A stretch of DNA of 64,000 bases from positions 10,867 to 74,866 of IMG/VR virus record IMGVR_UViG_3300020440_000012; one strand, given 5' to 3'. Below are positions 27,792 through 37,300 of the stretch, in pieces; position 1 is the first letter of the stretch, and each line of letters begins with the position of its first letter. The position numbers and the translations under genes were made by a program. The notes beneath the pieces were generated by a model. That model was not told where the DNA came from, searched no databases, and saw only the letters and a program-made list of their open reading frames with translations. The DNA comes from a virus (Duplodnaviria; Caudoviricetes).

Positions 27792-28226
27792 ATGAATTGG
27801 TATAGAACATTTCTAGAAAGTTATAAGAAGATGAATGAAGAGGAACATGAGTGTCCTCCAGCGACTCAAGATGTTGAACTTAACACGAAGAATCGTGACA
27901 AAGCATTTCAAGAAGATCATATCAAATACGGACCTGTTAATGTAGATGAACCGGGTGATTATTACGAAGATATGGCAGAATATTTTGATACAACAGTTGA
28001 AGCTGTAAAAGGTATGAAATGTTCTAATTGCGTAGCATTTGATATTTCATCAAGAATGAAAGAGTGTATGCCTGGTTCAGTACAAGAAGATGGTGAATTA
28101 GGATATTGTTGGATGCATCATTTTAAATGTCACTCAGAAAGAACCTGTTACACATGGGCAAAGGGTGGTCCTATTAGCACTGACGACACATCATATGAAT
28201 GGCATGAAAAAGCATTTGGAGAATAA
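27792..28226 (+). CDS. Conserved Cys-rich phage protein
   Basis: CPPATQDVELNTKNR, CSNCVAFD, GYCWMHHFKCHSERTC; probably metal binding. Confidence 0.75.
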   Translation: MNWYRTFLESYKKMNEEEHECPPATQDVELNTKNRDKAFQEDHIKYGPVNVDEPGDYYEDMAEYFDTTVEAVKGMKCSNCVAFDISSRMKECMPGSVQEDGELGYCWMHHFKCHSERTCYTWAKGGPISTDDTSYEWHEKAFGE

Positions 28227-28229
28227 GAT

Positions 28230-29195
28230 ATGAATGAAACAAGAAAAATGAATTTTAAAATAGAAGATGCAATTACTGAAGCATACGAACAAATGAATGA
28301 AGCACATTGTGGTACAGACAGAAAGAACGAAGCATCTTACACTAAGAACACAAAAGATTCTCAACTAAAGTGGGGTAGAGAGTATATTTTAAATACAGAC
28401 GCTAATAATAGTGTAACTCCGATGTTGACTCAAATGAAAAATGCAATGAAAAGAGCTAGCATGAGACATCCTAAGTTGGGTGCTGGAACCGAAGTTAAAA
28501 CTAAGAAAGGTTCCATATTAATTGTACCAGAAACAGCCGAGTTGTATTTAAAATCAAGAGATAGATTGCCTACACCTTTGCAAAAGAATATGGATAAAAT
28601 GGCTGAAAGAAGTATCGATGGTTTATTCACTGTACTTCAGGCCGCATTAAACGATTTAAGAACAGGAATGATAGAAAGTATGACAGAAGTTTTAGAAAAT
28701 ATAAACGAAGCCAAAATGAACTATGTCATCTATGATAAGAAGACAAAAGAAGTTTACGCATCTAGCTCAAAACCATTTGATAAGTTTAAGATGGATGATG
28801 TTGCTGACGATATGAAAGTCAAGAAGTCCGACTTAGTTATGAAGAAAATGAGAAAAAACCAAAAGGCTGGTGAGCGTCTTAAAGAAGCCAGTGAAACAAT
28901 TACAGAAGTAAAATTTTCAAAAGACTTCGACAAAGAAGCAAAAGAAAAAGGACCTCATCAAGACAGCTCCGTATACAAGCAAATGAGAGACATTATTAAA
29001 ACTCAAGGTTTTGCAAATGTTAAAACCGACAAAGGATCGTTGAAGGTTGACATGCAATCTGCATACGCATGGTTAGTCTCGTATCATATGTTGAGTGATA
29101 AAAATAAAGAGACTTTAATTAAAATGGCTCAAAAAAGCAAAGATTCATTAGCTACAACAATAAGAGTCGCACATAAATTGACAGTAAGACGATAG
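28230..29195 (+). CDS. Modular probable head-internal protein
   Basis: Segments separated by ITE-A, MNE-A, INE-A, ITE-V. Confidence 0.65.
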   Translation: MNETRKMNFKIEDAITEAYEQMNEAHCGTDRKNEASYTKNTKDSQLKWGREYILNTDANNSVTPMLTQMKNAMKRASMRHPKLGAGTEVKTKKGSILIVPETAELYLKSRDRLPTPLQKNMDKMAERSIDGLFTVLQAALNDLRTGMIESMTEVLENINEAKMNYVIYDKKTKEVYASSSKPFDKFKMDDVADDMKVKKSDLVMKKMRKNQKAGERLKEASETITEVKFSKDFDKEAKEKGPHQDSSVYKQMRDIIKTQGFANVKTDKGSLKVDMQSAYAWLVSYHMLSDKNKETLIKMAQKSKDSLATTIRVAHKLTVRR

Positions 29196-29630
29196 TTAAC
29201 CTAAATCGTCTACTCTTTCCTTGAGAATCTTTTTCAAGAAGCCATCATCCATATGTTCATTACATTCAATCTCTTCTAGATATTTTTTACATATGTCTCT
29301 TTGAATATTGATGTGCTTGTAATATTTCTTAGCTTCCATAATATATTTGTGAAAACAAATTTGTGTAAAATATGCAAAAGGATTAGGCTTATCACGATTA
29401 ATATCAAATTTATGTACCTGACTTATCATTCTTAGACAAGCCTCACCTATGAAATCTTCCTTTACAGCCTGTGGGTATCCAACCCAGTTACCTCTATTAG
29501 TAAATCTTGTCGCTATCTCTAAAAACATTTTTCCTAACTCTTCAGTTATAACGCCTGTTTCGTGATAAACTTTAAGTTCTCTCATTAAATCTTTATTGGT
29601 GCAATACTGCTTTGGTTTTTTACCACTCAT
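29196..29630 (-). CDS. gp55: Late-transcription sigma factor
   Basis: YCTNKDL, EELGKMFLEIA, EDFIGEA, NPFAYFTQI. Confidence 0.93.
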   Translation of the reverse strand: MSGKKPKQYCTNKDLMRELKVYHETGVITEELGKMFLEIATRFTNRGNWVGYPQAVKEDFIGEACLRMISQVHKFDINRDKPNPFAYFTQICFHKYIMEAKKYYKHINIQRDICKKYLEEIECNEHMDDGFLKKILKERVDDLG

Positions 29631-29707
29631 ATTATAAATACCTTCGTTAAAGTGCCTAATTAATTATACACTTTATTTATAAAAATAATACCTAAACGGA
29701 GACTATT

Positions 29708-30088
29708 ATGTACGAAAAAGGCTTTGATGATTTATACAATGAAGCGTCTAATGTAAAACAAGAATCTGGATATATCGACTTTGATGATGAACAAACAAAA
29801 ATAAATCCAGAGGATCCTATGGTTGTAATATCAGGTATAGGTAAACTTCCACTGTCCTCACTAAAAAAAGACATAGATCGAAAGTTTAAAGACCTTACTA
29901 ATTTAGCCAAACGAGATCAGTGGAAATTTATCTACAAACAAATAGGAAAGATGACTGACTATACAGATAGTTTTGAATCTCCACTTCAAGCTTATATTAG
30001 AGCCGTAATTCAAGTTGAGGAAGAAATGAGTAAACCAGCTTATAAGAGAAGAATTAGTACAGCACAGAGAAAGAGAAGGTTCGGATAG
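29708..30088 (+). CDS. Hypothetical late protein
   Basis: TATAAATA at about 29633; N-terminus FDDLYNE-A. Confidence 0.7.
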   Translation: MYEKGFDDLYNEASNVKQESGYIDFDDEQTKINPEDPMVVISGIGKLPLSSLKKDIDRKFKDLTNLAKRDQWKFIYKQIGKMTDYTDSFESPLQAYIRAVIQVEEEMSKPAYKRRISTAQRKRRFG

Positions 30089-30089
30089 A

Positions 30090-30656
30090 ATGGACTTCAA
30101 CTCATTATATGAAAAAGCTTTAAGAAGAGTTGCACAAGACCCTGACGTTAAAGACAAAAAGGGCACTCAACCTAAAAAATATTTTAAAGATTTGTCAAAG
30201 TCCACAAAAGACAAGAGAGATGCACACTTCAAAAAAGGTACAAGAGAGCCTGCACCTGGAGATGCAACAGCAAAAACAAAGCCATCTAAACATACCAAAA
30301 AATTTAAACAGATGTTTGGTGATGCTGAAGAAAGAGTACCAAGAAAGAAAGGTCAACATAAAGGTTCCTCTTCTCACTCCGATTTATATACCGACGAAGA
30401 TCCAAAAGGTACTATTCATGGTTTAGGATTCAAAGATGCTGAAACAGCTAGAAAAGGTATTGATATTGTAAATAAGTCCGACAGAACTCACGCACATAAG
30501 GTTCAAGCCACACTTGTGATGCAACAAAGAGCAAAAGTGGCCATTGAAAGAACAAAAGACCCAGATAAGAAAAAAGATTTAAAAGCGGCCTATGAGATAT
30601 GGACAAAACATCTTGATAAGTTGAAAGAAATTACAAAAAAGAAAGCGGAAAAATGA
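30090..30656 (+). CDS. Basic two-module hypothetical protein
   Basis: Modules VAQDPDVKDKKGTQPKKY...PAPGD and HSDLYTDEDPKGTIHGLGFKD...HAHKVQA. Confidence 0.75.
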   Translation: MDFNSLYEKALRRVAQDPDVKDKKGTQPKKYFKDLSKSTKDKRDAHFKKGTREPAPGDATAKTKPSKHTKKFKQMFGDAEERVPRKKGQHKGSSSHSDLYTDEDPKGTIHGLGFKDAETARKGIDIVNKSDRTHAHKVQATLVMQQRAKVAIERTKDPDKKKDLKAAYEIWTKHLDKLKEITKKKAEK

Positions 30657-31078
30657 AAAGTTTTAAACAAATATACAGAGACTTAGTAGAAAAAGCACCT
30701 GACACAGATGATGCAATGAAAAGATATAAAGCCGGTAAAGCTGGTTTTACAGACATAGCACATCTTAAGGCAAAAGGCTTAATTCCAAGAGCAGATGGTA
30801 CGAAAAGAAAATCACCAAAGTATGAAGACGCAAAACTTGATGAGAAGCAGATTAAAGGTCTTAAAAACAAAGCCGACAAAACAGGTATACCTTATGGTAT
30901 TCTAAAACAAGTTTATGATAGAGGTATGGCAGCCTGGAAAACAGGTCATAGACCAGGTGCGGGACAACATCAATGGGCATTTGCTAGAGTCAATTCTTTT
31001 GCTACTAAATCAAAAGGAACTTGGGGTGGTGCAGATAAAGATTTAGCAGATAAGGTTCGTGCCGGTAAAAAGAGATAA
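30653..31078 (+). CDS. Basic protein with a DUF5824-like module
   Basis: LKAKGLIPRADG and GILKQVYDRGMAAW...HRPG...QWAFARVNSF. Confidence 0.7.
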   Translation: MKSFKQIYRDLVEKAPDTDDAMKRYKAGKAGFTDIAHLKAKGLIPRADGTKRKSPKYEDAKLDEKQIKGLKNKADKTGIPYGILKQVYDRGMAAWKTGHRPGAGQHQWAFARVNSFATKSKGTWGGADKDLADKVRAGKKR

Positions 31079-32676
31079 TGATTTTAACAAAAAAGGATTT
31101 AGATCAAGTCGAAAGATATGCAGACAGACTCTACAAAGCCGTAGGTGTAGATGTAGAGTTTACTAGGCACTTTCTAGACAGAGTAAACGACATTAGAAAC
31201 GAAAAACAAATAACTAGTTCAGAACTTATAAGACTATTTAAACAATCCTTTAAGAAGTACGGAAAACAATTAACAAAACTAGGTGATGGCGTGCAAGCCG
31301 TTCTTCACGACATGAAGACGGATATAAATATGCCATTTGTTATTCAACCCGATAGAAACGGAGAGCTAGACTTGATAGCTAAAACAGTTATGAGAAAGAA
31401 AAACTTTAAAACAACAAACAAAAAGCTTTCCTTTGAAGACGCCTTTAATGAAGCGGTTACAATTAACGAAGGTGGTGCCTTCGGACACTTAAGTCATCCT
31501 TTTGACATCAACACATTCACATTTAAGGACCTTCAGGAACTCATCATAAAAATACTATCAGGTGAACTAGATTACGCTGAAGAGAAAACTGATGGTCACA
31601 ATCTGATGTTAACAGTCGTAGATGGACAGGTATTGGCCGCCAGAAACAAGAGTCACCTCAAAAACAAAGGTAGAGATGCACTTGATGTTCCAGCTATGGC
31701 TAAAAAGTTTGCAGGTAGAGAAAATGCACTAGCCTACACAAACGCAATGGAAGATTTCAAAAATGCAGTAGATAGTCTTTCAGACAAGCAAGTCCTGAAG
31801 ATATTTGACAATGGCTCCAATTTTATGAGTGTAGAGGTAATCATGCCAAAGGCTGCCGAGAATGTCATCAAATATGGCGTAACAGAACTAAGATTGCATG
31901 GTACAATAAAACACAATGATGACGGTGAACCAATCGAACAGATAAACAAAGAAAATGCAAGAATGCTTGACGGAATGTTAAGACAAAAACAATCAGACAG
32001 ACAGAAAACATTTAGTATCGCCAAGCTGAATAGAGTTGATCTTCCAAGAATATCAGACTTCAATAAGAAAAGATCACAGTATTCAAAAAGACTTAATGCG
32101 ATCATGAAGTCAATAGGTGCAAAGCCGTCTATGACAATGAGAGATGTCAGAATAAACTACTTTAACGCATTGCTCAATAGAGCTGATAAAAAGAAACAAC
32201 TTCCAAAGAGTGTGAGACAGCAATGGCTATCTAGATGGGTAGACTACAATAAGTCAATCAACCTAAGAGTCTTAAAGAAACAAACACCTGAGTCAATCTT
32301 AGCAGATGTTTCAAATATAGAAAAAGAACTTTCGAATCATAACAAGCAACTAACACTACCACTTGAAAAATTATTCTTACAACTAGGTGCAGAGGTACTA
32401 TCTTTAATGGGTAAATTCATGGCTATCAATCCAAATGATGCTATAAAAAATATTAAAAAACAGGTTGACGACACCGCCAAAAAAGTGTTATCATCAGGTG
32501 ATCCTAAACTAATAGATAAACTTAATTATGAATTGGGTAGACTTGAACAACTAGGTGGTTGGAATGCAGTTATACCATCTGAAGGTATTACATTTATGTA
32601 CAAAGGTGAATTATTAAAACTGACAGGAGCATTTGCACCTATAAACCAATTAACAGGGCTAAGTTTTAGACTATGA
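31078..32676 (+). CDS. BECR/RelE-like N-terminal module fused to a DUF6267-like domain with RNA-ligase-type motifs
   Basis: EFTRHFLDRVND...LIAKTVMRK, then EGGAFGHLSHPF, EKTDGHN (KxDG), SEGITF, LKLTG. Confidence 0.65.
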   Translation: MILTKKDLDQVERYADRLYKAVGVDVEFTRHFLDRVNDIRNEKQITSSELIRLFKQSFKKYGKQLTKLGDGVQAVLHDMKTDINMPFVIQPDRNGELDLIAKTVMRKKNFKTTNKKLSFEDAFNEAVTINEGGAFGHLSHPFDINTFTFKDLQELIIKILSGELDYAEEKTDGHNLMLTVVDGQVLAARNKSHLKNKGRDALDVPAMAKKFAGRENALAYTNAMEDFKNAVDSLSDKQVLKIFDNGSNFMSVEVIMPKAAENVIKYGVTELRLHGTIKHNDDGEPIEQINKENARMLDGMLRQKQSDRQKTFSIAKLNRVDLPRISDFNKKRSQYSKRLNAIMKSIGAKPSMTMRDVRINYFNALLNRADKKKQLPKSVRQQWLSRWVDYNKSINLRVLKKQTPESILADVSNIEKELSNHNKQLTLPLEKLFLQLGAEVLSLMGKFMAINPNDAIKNIKKQVDDTAKKVLSSGDPKLIDKLNYELGRLEQLGGWNAVIPSEGITFMYKGELLKLTGAFAPINQLTGLSFRL

Positions 32677-34082
32677 AATCGTTTTCTAAATATTACAATG
32701 ATCTAGAAAAAGAGGTAGCACCTTATTCTCCTTTTGGTGAGAGAAAGAGGAAGACCATTGCTGTTTTTCCAGGGTCTTTTAGACCTCCACATAAAGGACA
32801 TTTTCATTCGGTTATACAATACTCAAAAATGGCTGATGAAGTGGTTGTTATCATATCAAAGCCTGGTAAGTCAGTGAGAAAAACAAATACAGGCAAAACA
32901 ATCTCGGACAGACAAGCTAAAAAAGTGTTTGAGATCATGATAAAGGCACAAGGTCTTAAAAATGTCAAAGTAATTACATCACCTACACCTTCACCAATTA
33001 AAGCTTCATATGACTATGTTGAGACGTTAAAAGACGTTGATGTTATATTTGGCTCTTCTAAAGACCCAGATGATCTCAAAAGGTGGAAGACAGTTACGGC
33101 ATATATGGATAAAAACAATCCTTCGATAACTGTATTAGACCCTAAAACAACAGCGGTAAATAGACTCTACTCAGCTACAGACATCAGAAATAAGATTGAT
33201 GATATAGATGCATATGATGATGCATATCCTGGTAAATTATCCGACTCAGACAAGAAAAATATTTTTAACATATTAAATGAAAACACATTTTCTGAATACT
33301 TCTATGAGTCTTTAAACTTAGGTGGACTTGAATATGAGAGAAGAGTTCACAACGCAATGGTGACAGCTAACATAGACGGACTTGTACCAGGTGATAAACC
33401 GGGTGCAGGATTCAGTGCTGTGGGTAAAGGTGACATAGAAGCTACTTATAAAGGTAAAGAGTTTAATATTGAGATAAAAATGGATAAAAATGCCCAGATG
33501 GGTGGTACAAGTATTAGAATGGATGTGAATAATAATGAATATATACTTGTCAAACCGGATGCTGTCGATGAAGAGGTAGCACCTTTATTTCTAGAAGCGG
33601 CCAAGAGAAAAGCCGATGATTTGAAAAAATGGGTCGATTTTATCAGAACGCAAGAACCACTCGAATTACATCAAAAAGTACCTTACACAGTTCCTTTCGG
33701 TGCTGTTACAAAAGAAGCATGGAGTTCGGCACAAAAACAAGGTCTATTAAAAGGACTTAACCAAGTAGAAAAATTTAAGAACGCAAATACAATAGCAAAA
33801 GCCTATAACAGAAAAGGTGTTTACTACATACAAATTGGCGGTCTTGGTTTATTTTATCTAGGAAAGAATCCACTTAAGTTACCTGTACCTAAATATGATG
33901 GTGAAGTTAACATTGAGTTTAGATTAGGTCCTAGTGGTAGTAAGAACAGAAAACTTTCTGATGGAACTTTAGTCAAAGTAGTTGGTGCTGGATATAGATG
34001 TCAAGGTAGATTAAAAACTACTAAGAAATCAAAATACTCATTAGACAATCCGGAATCTATCAAAGAATTATTTGGATCCTAA
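32673..34082 (+). CDS. HxGH nucleotidyltransferase (NMNAT/PPAT-like) fused to a PD-(D/E)xK nuclease-like module
   Basis: FPGSFRPPHKGH and SATDIR, then GDIEA...NIEIKM. Confidence 0.72.
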   Translation: MKSFSKYYNDLEKEVAPYSPFGERKRKTIAVFPGSFRPPHKGHFHSVIQYSKMADEVVVIISKPGKSVRKTNTGKTISDRQAKKVFEIMIKAQGLKNVKVITSPTPSPIKASYDYVETLKDVDVIFGSSKDPDDLKRWKTVTAYMDKNNPSITVLDPKTTAVNRLYSATDIRNKIDDIDAYDDAYPGKLSDSDKKNIFNILNENTFSEYFYESLNLGGLEYERRVHNAMVTANIDGLVPGDKPGAGFSAVGKGDIEATYKGKEFNIEIKMDKNAQMGGTSIRMDVNNNEYILVKPDAVDEEVAPLFLEAAKRKADDLKKWVDFIRTQEPLELHQKVPYTVPFGAVTKEAWSSAQKQGLLKGLNQVEKFKNANTIAKAYNRKGVYYIQIGGLGLFYLGKNPLKLPVPKYDGEVNIEFRLGPSGSKNRKLSDGTLVKVVGAGYRCQGRLKTTKKSKYSLDNPESIKELFGS

Positions 34083-34280
34083 ATAAAAACTTTTAAAGCC
34101 TTCAATCTTTAACATATTTTTAAGTATACCTACAACAAGTGCATAATATCTATCGGATTCTTTTTCAACATTCTTATATCTATCCTTTACAATATCTTCA
34201 GCATCCTTGTATAATTCTTCGACTTCTTTTTCGGTTTTACCGCTTTTATCAGAAAATGACTTTATAATAGGTGAAGGCAT
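34068..34280 (-). CDS. Small conserved late protein
   Basis: TATAAATA near 34310 and a GGAG RBS; 70 aa. Confidence 0.65.
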   Translation of the reverse strand: MPSPIIKSFSDKSGKTEKEVEELYKDAEDIVKDRYKNVEKESDRYYALVVGILKNMLKIEGFKSFYLGSK

Positions 34281-34339
34281 GGTATACTCCGTTGTTAACT
34301 ATTATTCTTATTTATAACTTAAACGAGAAAAAGATAATT

Positions 34340-35284
34340 ATGGAAAATATGGATTCTAAATGGGTCGATGCCTATATACCTCAAGTTGTTGACGATCTTG
34401 TACTAAATCCTACATCAAAGGATAAACTTAAAAGACTACTACAGTCTGGTAAAAGATTCAATGTATCACTTCATGGTAGAGCGGGTATTGGCAAAACAGC
34501 AACAAGTAATGTAATTTCAAAAACACTGGATGCTATTGAATACTTCGTTTCGTGTTCACTTGATGGTAACATTGATAACATAAGAACAAATGTACAAAGA
34601 TTCTGTGAGTCTGTCTCTTTTGATGGAAGACCAAAACTTGTTATACTAGATGAGATTGATGGTATGAGTCTTGAAGCACAAAAGTCTCTTCGTAACATTA
34701 TGGACAATCACAAAGATTGCATATTCATACTAACTTGTAACTATCTAAATCGTGTTATCGAACCTTTACAATCAAGGTGTCCACCAGTATCATTACAGTT
34801 CTCTGTATCAGATATTAGACCTAGAGTTGAACACATTCTGAAAAGTGAGTCTATTGAGTATACCGAAGAAGACCTAAATAACTTTATGGAAAAGATACTT
34901 CCTAAGTTTCTTCCAGATATTAGAACATCAGTATCAGTACTTCAAGATTGTTGTTCTTCCGGTAAGTTAGACACAACTACAGAGATTGCACTTATTGATG
35001 GTGTTGACGAAACATGTAAGTATATCCTAACTTCTACGAAAGAAGGTAAGACACCAATGGAGATAAGAGAATATCTAATAAAGAACTCAGAAAAGTTTAG
35101 TGAAGACTATCTTAAACTATCATCAAGTATGTTTAATATTTTATGCAGAACAAAGATAGGTGCAGAGGATTTATCCAACATTGCAGACATAATTTATAGA
35201 GTAGATCAAGTAATCGATAAAGAAATACAATTCTTTGTTTTAGTATCATATCTACACAATCTAGTTAACAAAAATAATAAATAA
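34340..35284 (+). CDS. gp44: Clamp loader ATPase subunit
   Basis: WVDAYIPQ, GRAGIGKT, ILDEID, IEPLQSRC, PDIR; ATG at 34340 preferred. Confidence 0.92.
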   Translation: MENMDSKWVDAYIPQVVDDLVLNPTSKDKLKRLLQSGKRFNVSLHGRAGIGKTATSNVISKTLDAIEYFVSCSLDGNIDNIRTNVQRFCESVSFDGRPKLVILDEIDGMSLEAQKSLRNIMDNHKDCIFILTCNYLNRVIEPLQSRCPPVSLQFSVSDIRPRVEHILKSESIEYTEEDLNNFMEKILPKFLPDIRTSVSVLQDCCSSGKLDTTTEIALIDGVDETCKYILTSTKEGKTPMEIREYLIKNSEKFSEDYLKLSSSMFNILCRTKIGAEDLSNIADIIYRVDQVIDKEIQFFVLVSYLHNLVNKNNK

Positions 35285-35288
35285 GTAT

Positions 35289-35747
35289 ATGAGCATAGAC
35301 AAGAAATACACAATCACAAAAACGTGTGATCTTTGTGGAAAACAAGAAGGTGATCACCTCAAATCAAAAGACTTTTACAAAGAACCACCCTCATTGATTA
35401 TGAAAAACCATGAGGGTAAACAAGTAAAACTCACACTTGAAGTTAAAATTGAAGAGTACGACAAAGATGGTGTAACAACTACACTTGAAGACATACTAAA
35501 TAATTTTCAGGATTTACATCAAGGATTGAATTATGATTCCATTGAAGATGAAAATACACAAAAAATAGATGACATAAATAACATGATACCACCCAAAGTT
35601 GCAATGCTTTTACAGGATCTATATATCAGAGAGCTAAGCTATACAAACAGAAATGAAAATCAAGGTGTCTTGTGTAAAAAATGTCACACAGCTATGGTTA
35701 ATATGGTATCTAAATTAGGTAAATTTGATAAAAAAGAGGTATTCTAG
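35289..35747 (+). CDS. Hypothetical protein with two CxxC pairs
   Basis: CDLC near the N-terminus and CKKC near the C-terminus. Confidence 0.65.
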   Translation: MSIDKKYTITKTCDLCGKQEGDHLKSKDFYKEPPSLIMKNHEGKQVKLTLEVKIEEYDKDGVTTTLEDILNNFQDLHQGLNYDSIEDENTQKIDDINNMIPPKVAMLLQDLYIRELSYTNRNENQGVLCKKCHTAMVNMVSKLGKFDKKEVF

Positions 35748-36280
35748 TGTCCAAAAAAATAAATCCAATAGTTGAAGAGTTACTGGACTCTAATGAAATT
35801 CCTGAAGAGTTTGAAACACCCGAAGATTTGTTAGAAGGTATAGCTAACATGACCTCGGAAGTTGCCGAGATAAAACAAGAAGTTGAAGATGTAAAGGTAT
35901 CTGGGGATCCCATCACAGATATAAAAATATTCAATGAAGTTTCAGACTTAATAAACAGAGCAGTTGCGGTTCTGGATACATGTAAGGAAGATATTGAAAG
36001 AAGTTCTTTACTTGACGCTGAACTTGTGTCAGCATATGCTAAGTTAATCTCATCAACTAGAGAAATAATTTCAGACAATATTGCTATATTTAGAGATCGC
36101 CAAAAACACATAGAAAAGATAGAGTTGGAGAATCTGAAACAAGAACATAAAAAAGAAATCTTGCGGATGAAAGATGATCTAGATAAGTCAGTAAACGACA
36201 ATTATGGTGAAACTAAAGCATTTGTACAAGAGGCTGTTATTGAACTCTTAAACGATGTTGAAAAAAATAAAAAAAACTAA
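35747..36280 (+). CDS. Helical protein, possibly a gp16-like small terminase
   Basis: Only loose resemblance (SDLINRAVAVLD...ELVSAYAKLISS) to T4-like small terminases. Confidence 0.35.
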   Translation: MSKKINPIVEELLDSNEIPEEFETPEDLLEGIANMTSEVAEIKQEVEDVKVSGDPITDIKIFNEVSDLINRAVAVLDTCKEDIERSSLLDAELVSAYAKLISSTREIISDNIAIFRDRQKHIEKIELENLKQEHKKEILRMKDDLDKSVNDNYGETKAFVQEAVIELLNDVEKNKKN

Positions 36281-36309
36281 TTGACAACAATTAGATAGTT
36301 CTATATATT
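36281..36309 (+). promoter_or_regulatory. Host sigma70-type promoter for the phage sigma factor
   Basis: TTGACA-17 nt-TATATT. Confidence 0.75.
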
Positions 36310-36358
36310 AGTAAAAGTTTAGTAGAAAAAGTATCGTAAAGTATAGTTAAGGAGATAT

Positions 36359-37111
36359 ATGCCACATAATAGTAACTACGGTGAACACATCAAAAAATAC
36401 ATGCAAGAAATAACAACCGAGGATTTTGATCCAGTAAGCAAGCAAGAAGAACAGGAAGTTTTAAATGACGACACATTATCAAAACAAGAGAAGATAGACT
36501 TCTTAATGAAACGCAATATTCGATTGGTTTCAAAGATTGCAACGAAGTATACCAGCATTGCCGAATATGATGATATGATGCAAGAGGGTTGTATCGGACT
36601 AGCTAAGGCCGCTGAAAAGTTTGATATGACGAAAGACACCAAGTTCTGTACATATGCCTATTTCTGGGTATTCAAAGCTATTCAAGAATATCTGAAGAAA
36701 GAAAACAGAGACTTCTCCACAATTAGAAATCACAGTGGACTCTCACTAAACTATCAAGCATCTGAAGATGAACAGCACGATTCAAACAACTCATTAGAAA
36801 AAACAATTTCAGAATCCTCGTACACTACTCCTTCGGGTGGATATTCTGAGATAAACAAGAACGAAACTACAAATTTGTCAAACGAATTGAGCAAAATTGT
36901 ATTAGAAAATAATGTACTGGATGACAGAGAAAAACACATAGTATTAAGTCGATTTTTCTCCGACAAAAAAAGAACATTAAAAGACATCGGAAACGAAATA
37001 GGACTGTCTCATTCTATGGTTAAATTAGTGCAGGATAAAGCTTTACAGAAAATTAAAGAGTTTGTAGTTTCTGAAGGTATTTCACGAGAAGATTTCGAGT
37101 TTACAGTGTAA
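36359..37111 (+). CDS. Sigma70-family RNA polymerase sigma factor (regions 2 and 4)
   Basis: NIRLVSKIA, DMMQEGCIGLAKAAEKFD...KFCTYAYFW, LDDREKHIV...TLKDIGNEIGLS. Confidence 0.92.
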   Translation: MPHNSNYGEHIKKYMQEITTEDFDPVSKQEEQEVLNDDTLSKQEKIDFLMKRNIRLVSKIATKYTSIAEYDDMMQEGCIGLAKAAEKFDMTKDTKFCTYAYFWVFKAIQEYLKKENRDFSTIRNHSGLSLNYQASEDEQHDSNNSLEKTISESSYTTPSGGYSEINKNETTNLSNELSKIVLENNVLDDREKHIVLSRFFSDKKRTLKDIGNEIGLSHSMVKLVQDKALQKIKEFVVSEGISREDFEFTV

Positions 37112-37300
37112 ATAAAACTTGATGTCACGAGTTAAAAACCAGTTTAAACCCACTACGAATTACCCTGGCTAGAAGCATTTTTGAAATTTCAGCAGGATAT
37201 TTGTATGTGGGTATTTTTAGTCTTTATGTGTTAAACCGTACATCATGCGTTCGTATAATATTTGTACGAATTTAACACTAAAGAATTAAAGGAAAAGAAT

